A DNA stretch of 64,000 nt from Trichinella spiralis (Eukaryota), in the NCBI RefSeq assembly GCF_000181795.1, contig NW_003526943.1:7461566-7525565 (forward strand), in the 5' to 3' direction. Shown here in pieces: positions 39,501 through 64,000 of this stretch. Position 1 is the first letter of the stretch. Each line of letters begins with the position of its first letter. The position numbers and the translations under genes were made by a program. The notes beneath the pieces were generated by a model. The model made no database searches. It was given only the letters and a program-made list of their open reading frames with translations, and was not told where the DNA came from.

Positions 39501-42500
39501 CCACTGCATAATATGCTTGATTCCGCAAGCTTGGAATTAGCTTTTTGATTCTTCAATATCTGTCGGCTCGTCGCTTGGATTTAAACAAGATGATCAAGCA
39601 CTATTCGTTCCATCAGCAGAGCGGCACAAAGAATAAAAATAGAAATAAAAAAAACAAAAATAAAGAACAAGAATATGGTAGACCGTTATGAGATTAGGGG
39701 TTGTCAAGTGGAAAACTTAAGCAGCTAAGCTGAACGCACGCCTCTTTCCAACTTAACACATCCAAACCCCAGTTCCAACATATGCACTTGTTGAATATGA
39801 TTGTCTGATTTTCACTGCACATTCATGAATAAATAAATATATATACATGTTAAATTTTATTGAATTCTATACTTTTACACAATATAATTTAACAATCTTG
39901 CATAAAGTCAAATTGGAAAGAAAAAAAGAAAATGATGAAAATAAACAATTTTATTCTAGTATAACAAGCAAGCATTGTGTATTTTAAAAGTCAATTTTTC
40001 GATTCTTTGTTATTTTTTGACAATTCAATTATTTACGTTTGTATACATTTTTACTTCATTGAAAATTGTCCCTAACTTCGCTGTGCTCAGTGAAAAAAAG
40101 AATGCAAATTTATTCTGTGTGAAAAATCTTTTATCAAACTACCGAAAGATTTGTTAATTAAAATTTCCTCATTCACCCATTGAACAACTGAAAGTGAAAG
40201 CAATTTGTTTTTCTATTTCTTCTTTTTTATCAAAAATTGATTCGTCAAAAAACGTTGAAAATTCCAACCTGATGAATTCGTATTCAATGCTCATTAATCA
40301 GCCGAACTTCACAGAACTGTGCGCATTTACACTGATTAGCAGATGCACTGCACATGAATTCGAATCAAATATTCACAACTTCTCGCACCATACAACTTAA
40401 TACTACTACTGCTAATAATAACCATAATAATTTATTATTATTATTCATCTGTCCTTTCTTGATAAATAAAAATGACCTTTTGTATTTATGATAAGTTTGA
40501 AAAATAAAAAACAGATTCGCAATTTACAAAAATTGTTGCACAACTGATGTTCAGGTTAATATGAAAAAACAGCATGATCACACTTTTAGATGAATTGCAC
40601 ACAAAAACCGAAATGATTCAACTAATTTGGCTCTGTCAAATGTACAATGAAGGTGAATTTTATTTTCATCCGTAAAGCTTTGCACGATGAAATAGGAAAA
40701 AAAACCAAAATTCAAAGCATTGCTTCAAATCATTGCAAGCAAAAAATCCAACCTCTCCACTGTAAGATCAAGAATCAGTTTCAAACAGTTCAAAGGGAAG
40801 AAAAAAGCCTCCTTCCCGAACAATCAACTCAATCGTTTATCAGTCAGTTGGATGAGCGGATGGATGCTGATGCAGATGTTTGAAACAGAAAAAGCCAACA
40901 AGCTAAGTTGAGGTGATATTTTTTTTGCATCGTGATGCTTTCCTCTTCTAAAAGAGAGAGAGAGAACAATTCAGCAAAGCTGCTCACGTGGAACCGTGTT
41001 GAACAGGGAAAGAGTGAGAAAACAGCTTAATAGTCAATTCATGCTATTTTTGCCGTTGCTTGTGACAATGATAAGACATGCTTCAATGTCAGAGTTATTT
41101 TATTTCAACGTACGTTCCTTTGAAAAAACCCCTCAAAACTCAAAAACCTAGAAAACTTCATTCTTCAGAAGCTTTTTTGTGTTAGCTTTTGTTTTTTTTT
41201 ATTTGTCATTCACAGTTTGGTTCAAATTAAAAGAATTAACCAACACAGGCTGCTTGTTGTCCGTGAGAAGACGAACTGAAATCAGTTTCAAGACAAGCAA
41301 CTTTATCAGCACTGATTTCAATTACGCAACAGTTGAGCTGATGAAAAAAGTTCGAACAACGGAACAAGAAACAATTATGAAATTCGATTATTGAAAAGTG
41401 AAAAAAGTCAAAATTCATCTCTTCCACCTCGTGCTTTCACCGAATAAAGCGTGCTTTTTTGAAAAAGAGGCAATTTTGCAAATTTAAAAATTGCAATTCA
41501 TTTCGATTGATTTGGTGGACAAAATGGTTCCCAGCCAACGACACCGACCCACGTGCAATTTGTGAAATGTTTTTTGCAAAGCGAATAATAATGGCGCGCG
41601 TTCACGTCGTTCGGCATGTGCGTTTGATGTTCCAAGAAGCATTTCACAATTACTGACAACAAGCACCATTAAACCAGCCGGCCGTTGTGAGCTTTGGCTG
41701 TTGTTGTGACAAAGTGAAAAGTCGCTTTAAATATTTTTCCCATCGACTTGTTCCAATCGAACAACAGTATGAAGGTAAAATATAACGCAAATGTGGCTGG
41801 CCATTAGACTTTGAACGGTAAAGCTGCTTGAAATTGACGAGAATGTCAAAGAATGCTTGTTTGAAAGTCAAGCAAATTTGCCGCCAACGGCCCTGCAGCT
41901 TATAATCAGAAGTGTGAAAAACTGATCAATACAGATCCATCCGAAGAATGAGAAGTTCTAGTACATCAGGTCGACTGAAATCAACATTTATTTATTTATT
42001 TAATTATTTTTGTTTCATGCTTGATTTTTGTAATTTCCCAAAATCAGTGTAGAAAAATTGTACCTTTCGTTTGCTACGAAAGAACTGCTGCATTATTAAT
42101 CGATGTACATTAGTCGCATCGGTTACGTGGAACAGAAGTTAAGCATTTGTAAAAAAAAAACAAGAAAAATTGAAAACAATCAAAATTTTTCAATAATTCC
42201 ATTACTGATATCAGTTTCATTGTATGTATAGATGTGAAGATAAATTCTTGTTTTTTCCCCTTTAAAAAATACAAATTAAATAAATCGTCTTCAATTCGTT
42301 TCCTAGGTAGTCAGAGTGCACTGATTGCACAAATGCGCGTTTAGCTCTTCCACTACTGGCCTAGACTTATCATCTGTGAGAATAATAAAATCAATTTCAA
42401 CTTACACCTACTTACATTTCACATAGTTAAGGGCAGATTTCCAAGCTCAAATTTTACACCATTTCACAACTGCACAACAGCATACAAGCATCAAAAAATT

Positions 42501-42686
42501 ATACAATTTTTGTTTATACACATCTCTATATTCTATATTCAATCCTTAAGTTATTGTTTGATTCAATTAAACAACTGGATTGTAATAACAACAATCAAAA
42601 TAAATATTCATATATATATATATATATATATACATATGCATGCATTAATAATTAAAAAAAGAAAAACATATTAAATACATTCGTAC

Positions 42687-42894
42687 CTAGACTGATCCGA
42701 CTGCGTTTTCTTGGTTTTTCCAAGCTAGTTGAAAGTTGTTCACTCCTAGCAGTTGAAGACAAACGTCTCAGTGCGTTCAAAGAAACTGATGGAAACCAGC
42801 CGCCGAAACTGTTCACATCACTGCCGGGTAGACGAAGACTCATCGCACGTTGACGACCACCATCTTCTGCCAAACTGTCAAAAGTTAACGCCAT
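42687..42894 (-). CDS. Candidate distal first coding exon of the Kir channel
   Basis: ATG-initiated exon (MALTFDSLAEDGG...RKRSRISL) ending in a phase-1 G|GTACGA donor, in phase with the Kir exon starting at 24375. Confidence 0.55.
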
Positions 42895-44376
42895 TTAAAT
42901 TTCAATGTTTTCTCTTCTTCGACAACCAAAACAAAGACTATAAATAAATAAAGATGCATCGTCTTTATTTTTCTCTTCTGCCGTCTTTTCAATTATTTAA
43001 TTATACAGATATACATATATACGGCTGGAAATCGGGAAAATGGATATCACCACCAATGTATAGGCATATTTATACGTGTGTGCTTATATTTATTTATACA
43101 TGCAGGCACAACGTGGGCGAAAAGCAGCGTTCACAGACAAAAAGTAGACAACTGTTTTAAACAAGAAGCATAGCCGACTGCGATGTCGAACCAATCATTG
43201 GTCAAAGTCGATGCTTCATGGCCACAACAGCGCCGCCTCTTTCTCGTCGCCTCACATCTGATGCTGATGCTCCTCTGCGAACGCAACGACGACAGGTGTC
43301 ACCGGACGTCCTCTGTGGTCAGTGAAACATCTCACTCAGAGTTAAATAACCTTCGCATAATTTAAGTGAATTTCAATTTTTAAATCAATCCTCATCAATC
43401 CCCAATCAGAAAGTCATTGCTCAGTCAAGTCGACTGTTTCAAATACATTTTCTTCGTCTCAACGTAATCGACATCTTATCAGAGTGAACGATAATTCATT
43501 ACCATAATAAAAGTCAGTGGGAAAACAAAAAAAGTGATTTGAAAAAAAAGAACGAAATTATTAAATCCGCCAAGCTGTGGCGGATTAGCAGAGGTTCAGA
43601 AACTGCCAGCCACTGCCGTCAGCATCAACTAAGCACACCGACAAACATCACACAACCACCACCATTCACCACTGTCGTTGCTGCAACCAACAGTTGCTAA
43701 GTCCGCAAATTAGCTGCTGCATACACTGCTGTAGTTATTATAAATAAAACTTTATATAAACAAAACAACATAAACTATAATAATACTCTGTACATATTTT
43801 CCAACTTCTACATGGAGAAAATTTAAAAACGAAAAGAAAAAAGCAAATCAAGAATAAGCAAATGAAAAAAGAAAATTAAGATCAATTTTGATTGGCTTTT
43901 TAATACAAAATGGCCGTAAATGGAAAAATTATACGCCGAGGGGTTGGAGTTGAACGTTATCCAGCATAAAATTGACGTTAATTGTTATTAAGGCAAAGAG
44001 ATGATGAATCGAACGTATTTTCTCAACAAGTATATATATATATATATGTATGTATGTATCACAGTTTGAATTTACACATGATAAATTAATAAATAAATAT
44101 ACATATTAATTAATTAAATAAATAAATTTGTTCTTTATAAACACTGCCGGTCGCTCTGGATTCCAGGAAAAAACAATATTATAACAAAAAGGCATAGCAA
44201 TGTGGCAAAATGACAACAATCTGCAATCTCCTTGGATCAGGCATATTGATGCCGTACATATTGCAAAATGGACAGAATAATAAAATGGGAAATAGTAAAT
44301 TTAAAAATTCAGTTGACAATGAACTGCCGACAGCGCACCGAGACCAGATACGCAATTTTTAAATAATTTGACCGGA

Positions 44377-58996
<14,620 letters not shown>

Positions 58997-61329
58997 TGTT
59001 TTCACGGATCACAACAACAACAACAACAACACTCAGCTAATCAATGAAAACACTTTTTTAAGGATTATTCAAAACAAAAAACACAAAGTCCAAGTAAAAA
59101 AATAACAGATTCTCTAAGCTAGGGGCGGTGGAAAAAAATGAATATATGAGAAGTAAGCGCGCAATTGGGAAAATTACTCAGACGGTAAAAAAACCTAACA
59201 ACAAACAACCGCCGCAAGAATTTACTGGAATAAAGTGCAAAAATAGCAAGTCGACAACAAAAACCGAACAACCAACGCACACGCAGACGGTCAACTGCGA
59301 TTAGCCGCGCCGCTCTGTTGCGTGACCTCATTAAAACTGTTGAACTTTCTATACCAACTAACCTGCATTTCAAAAATGAAAAATCAAACCACCGATAAAA
59401 TAATATTCAAAAAAACTTTAATAATTTTCCCAATTTTACGAAAAAAAATTATTATTAAAAATTTACAAAAGTGGAATTGAATGGGCTTGCGTTTCAAACT
59501 GAATCTGAACTGTCAGAAAATTGAACGATTCTATTTTACAGATGCAGGGATCGTTTCAAAAGAAAATAAATTTTTTACATTTATATTCCATTCCATTGCA
59601 ATAAATAAATAAATAAGTAAATAAATTCAGTGTTAATTTGCTGATAAAATTATAATTTGCACTTACAGTTTATTTCAAATTTTCATCAATCTACTATTCA
59701 CTGTAGCAAACAAGTGCAAGGTGAGTACGTTCGAGTAATTTTGATCTTTCATACCAACATTTGTACTTTTTTCAATGCTCTAATAAAAAATTTCACTCAA
59801 TCTGGTTATTTTAAAATAAAGTTTTCTTTTCTTTTTTATCATTATCAAAATATGGAAAATTAACAAAAATCACAATCGAAAAATTTGCACGACAAAATTC
59901 ACGCAATTCCTTTTTTCAGTATACCTACAACGGATTTTTTAAATAATTCACCATTTTTTGGTGAAAATTTGTTTCAAAATATTATTCACTCATTGACAGT
60001 AATACTTTACTTTCCTTGCCCATCTTTACAGTATGAATTTAGAATTAACCGTGAAATCTTGAATGAAAAAATTTTGAAAATTACAATATATAATAAGTAA
60101 TTTACTACAGTACCTGTAATATAATATGATTAGGTAGAGTTAATTAGTATGATTTATGTCAAATTTAATTGAATTTTATGTTATATTTATGATTTATCTG
60201 GTTCCTTTGAAAAGTAATGCATAATTTTATTTTTCTTTCATTTTTAACTGCATTTATTACTGATATATAAAAATACTGTATGGAAATGGCGAAAAAGTTA
60301 TGTTCATTCTTTGCAGCACAAGTGTAAATGATTTTTATCCTGATCAAAATTTTCTTAAATTTATTAAAATAAAAGATGGATTGCATTGTATATAGAATTT
60401 CTTTACTGAAAAAAGTGCTGTTAATTATCGATGGCTTTCTAATAACTTATTGATCGCTGTTATCAGGTAAATGTATGCAATGCAATTTGAAATATTTTGT
60501 ATAAGTAGCAATATTAAGAACATGCATTTTTTAAACAATACAGTCATCTAAAAATTTCTTCCTTATCTCACAATATTTATTAGAGTGGAAATTTTGAACA
60601 CTACTGAAAAAGAAGCATTTTAGAACTAGCCGCGAACAGATACTTTGGTTTGTTTATATGACAAACTACATGCAATATTACTGTTTATTTTAACCTTATT
60701 AGATGCCAAATATATGAATATGTTATTGCTAGTTTCTTGCCAATTGTATTTCATTCTAAAACTTGTTAACCAGTGTTTCTAAAAATAATATTTTACTTTT
60801 GCTTTTAAATATTTTTATTAAATGTTACAAATTTCCATTTTGACATTGTATATTCTGAGCAACTGTTTTTCTCCAATCCCACAGCTCAGTTTTTCATCTT
60901 CATTGTTTTCAGCAATGGAATTTGTGTTATGTGAATGTTGCAAAAAGTGATAAGAAATTAATTTTAAAAAATTACTTCATAGCATTTTACGTTATAATGG
61001 TTCATTTAGCAATAACATAAGCATATTCGATTGGAACAGTTGTGCATGGAAAATAATACTGAACATTGATTTCATATGTCTGTCATTTGAAAGTATGTGT
61101 TCTTAATTTATACACTTGTTATAGTGAAGTTGGAATAAAGAATTTTTGTTAAAATTTTATTTAAAAAAATTAGTCATAATTGAATAAAATACAATAAGTG
61201 TCAATTAAATTGAAATTAATGCCATGGTTAAATAGTAATAATGGTTGAATAATAAAGATGGATGAATGGTAATGAATGGGTGATAACACCGTCAGTAACT
61301 TTAGGTGGAAGTCAGTGTGGAAAAAACTT

Positions 61330-64000
61330 TCACGGCTTCTTTATGGAAGAACCCTTCTTTATCGAAGGGCCCTTCTTTATGGAAGAACCCTTCTTTATCG
61401 AAGGGCCCTTCTTTATGGAAGGACCCTTCTTTATGGAAGGACCCTTCTTGCCGGCGAAACGCAATTTCAGCGGCGGCTTCTAAATACAATAAATTTAAAT
61501 TAAATTTATTTTAATGTGAATAAGAGTATGTCTTTACAATTTCATCGTTGTTTTTATTAAAAATTAATGTAAATATTCCTGAATCAGTATATTTCATTCA
61601 CAACTTCATTTATTACTTGTAATGAAATACAAAAATTAAGTGAAATGCAATACCTTAGGTTTCTTTGCAGCGCTGGGCTTTATTTCAGGCGTTGTTTGGA
61701 GCTAAATTGAATATAAATAAAATTTCAGTATGTAAACACATGCTCATTCTTTGAATGAATATATTTTTTTAAAAGTGTTTTTGTATTTTCTATAAAACTT
61801 ATTAGCTTCCTGTGCAAATTATAATAAGTCTAATAAATCTAATAAGTTTATATTTAATTTAATTTAATTTCATGCATGAAAATTTATGTTATCAGCATAC
61901 CATCAAGGAACCCATCGTTGTTTCTTTAGTCTCAGGTGGAGGCGTTTTGGTCTAAAACAGTGTTTTTTATTCTCTCTTGTAAATTATTCCAACTAACTTC
62001 AATTTTTTATCAAAATATATTCCAAAGTGCACTTCATATTATATTATTTTAACAGCGGTTTTTTAGAATATTATTTGGTAAAAGAAAAATGAACAAACTT
62101 TTGATTTCTTCGGTGGTTTCTTTTTCGACTTCACAGAACGCTAAAAAAATAACAATTAAGCAGTTTCAGCTGCAGCGCAGTTTTCTTATTTAGATAGTAT
62201 ATATTTATTAATTTTTATTTATTATAAAACAAGTTTTATTTATAAGCACAGTAATTTAATATTTATAAAAAACAATGTATTTTTGTATATGACTCTTAGC
62301 ATTTAAATGCATAATGAAATGTCTGTGATAATTTTATACATACCGCTACCGAACGCTCCGAAACTTCACTCTTTTTCTGGGTCTAAATTAAAATATTTAA
62401 AAAATTTTCATATAATTTTTTTTCAATCTAAGGTTTTATAAATAATTTGGGAATACAGAACACAGCAGTTCAAAGACTTTTATTCTGTTTAATATCTATA
62501 TCATTTTTGATTTTCAATTTGTTAAACTTTTACATTACATTTATGGATTAAACTTTTAATAACGCTTCAAAATACTTATTTTGATTTAAATTAAAGAAAA
62601 TCTTGAACGTGAATCTGAACTTATTAAATCATGTACTCTATACTGCATTAAATAATCCATTTTTATGAAAAATGAATTTACACATAGCATGTCAATGCGT
62701 ATTGACCTTGTGTGATTTAGTTTTAACTTTTATACACTGCAAAACGTAGGTTTCATATCTTATTAATTTAAGGTAAATATTGAAAAGATAGTAATTTTAA
62801 AAAGAATACATACCTTTGATACGTTGTGGTCATCGACAAAGGCGGTAACCTATTAAATAAATGATATATTAAACATTTCATTCGATTTAATTTTATTGTT
62901 TTTAAATTACTGAAATTTCTGATCAGCTTAATTAATAAAATTACTAGCAGAATCAATTAATGAATAATGAGCAAAATAATAGTAAATGTATGGGAAAATC
63001 TTAGGATGTATTTTGCTAAATTGAAATACTGTTTAAAATTTCTAGTAAAAATTTTCTACAAGTTGAATGTCAAAATAATTATAAAATTTAAAAAAATTAA
63101 GGGATTGCTATGGTACAAAGGTGTAAAGAGAATTTCTGTCGAAAAAGATGAAACACAATTTTGAAGATTAGATAATACGGGTAATAAATTTGATGTCCTA
63201 CCGATTGCTGCAGGTTTGCTATAGGTACCACTTTCTAAAATTGACAAAATTATTTAAAAGTCGGCAAATAATTATAATTTCAAACTTACCAAAGTTCGTT
63301 TAGTTACCGTTCTTTCCTAAAACAAACAGTGCTATTATTAATTGAATTCAGCTATTTGAATGAGTGAAAAAATATTAAATTTCTTGAAATTTAATTCATT
63401 CATCACACAGTATTTAAATGAAATTAATGCATTTAAATTGGCAGAGAACAATCCACTTACACATAACAGACCGGCAGAAAGTATCGTTAGAAAAACTATT
63501 GCACAAGCAGCTGGGATGCCAACATTCAAGAAATAAAATTTTAACAATCTGTTCTGTGAAATATCACGGGCTTTTTTAGGAGGCAGTACTAAAACACTTT
63601 TTAAATTGAGATCAATAAATGAAAACTTCCTTTTCACCTACTTTCACAGGTATCCTTTGCAAATACATAAGTTTCACCTTGTTTACACTTTACTTTTGCA
63701 CACGGAATTCTGTCTAAAGTAAAAATAATTGGGTTTCCATAATTATGATCATAATTAATTATAAATTAGTGAGATACTGCAAAAGCACAATGAAATGATA
63801 ATTTCTTTCAACTATGCATAAAAATCAGTATGTAATCAGAATATTTATGAACTGACAAATGCTAAATTCTGAAAAGTACTTACCACCTCCAGGTGCGCAA
63901 ACACAACTCTTTTCAACACCACCAATCTCTACGTAACATTCTTTCAACGGTTCAGTTGAGCAAAAGTATCTGTTAAACTTGTTTATTGTACTGCAGTCAT
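61330..64000 (-). CDS. Uncharacterised Cys-rich single-pass membrane protein with a micro-exon-encoded Lys/Pro-rich tail (5' end outside the window)
   Basis: Exons >64000-63884, 63713-63642, 63588-63461, 63316-63290, 63234-63202, 62849-62814, 62382-62344, 62140-62099, 61951-61901, 61701-61654, 61479-61330. All have AG acceptors and GT donors and join into one open frame: Cys-rich segment, hydrophobic helix, basic tail. Confidence 0.8.
61336..61449. repeat. 18-bp tandem repeat x6 (CTTCTTTAT[G/C]GAAG..CC), coding KKG[P/S]SI on the minus strand
   Basis: Units occur in A-B-A-B-C-C order on the + strand, followed by a partial unit. Confidence 0.95.

Noticed and set aside
24700..42600. Short 60-105 aa ORFs in the long Kir upstream region
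   Set aside because: AT-biased composition (F/I/K/L/N-rich), with no splice-consistent chains or motifs.
43564..43586. 9-bp hairpin AATCCGCCA/TGGCGGATT downstream of the myosin gene
   Set aside because: Too short to assign a function. Bacterial-type terminators do not apply here.
61336..61449. CRISPR-like array
   Set aside because: Contiguous tandem units with no spacers, eukaryotic context and no cas genes.
61262..61514. Plus-strand repeat ORFs (EEPFFIEGPFF etc.) and the minus-strand EGSFHK frame
   Set aside because: The 18-bp repeat is open in several frames. Only the KKGPSI frame is in phase with the acceptor at 61480 and the upstream exons.

Overview
Eukaryotic, very AT-rich, intron-rich genomic DNA with short GT-AG introns, T-rich acceptors and two N gaps (7747-7756, 11957-12001). 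The gene content and architecture look like a nematode draft assembly, most likely Trichinella-like; this is an inference. Gene models were rebuilt by hand from splice sites and reading phases. In order: an IkB/Bcl-3-like ankyrin protein (+); a convergent 3' fragment of a Caskin-like gene with disrupted frames next to a gap (-); EMC5/MMGT1 (+); the 5' half of a divergent kinesin-6 with a non-canonical P-loop (+); an H+/myo-inositol transporter (+) carrying a hAT (Charlie/Buster-type) deletion element in an intron; an inward-rectifier K+ channel with two candidate first exons 18 kb apart (-); a complete non-muscle myosin II heavy chain (-); and the 3' part of an unrecognised Cys-rich single-pass membrane protein (-). 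The last is the most novel-looking item: its basic cytoplasmic tail is built from seven symmetric phase-0 micro-exons and ends in (KKG[P/S]SI)x6, and the ORF track does not show it as one gene.
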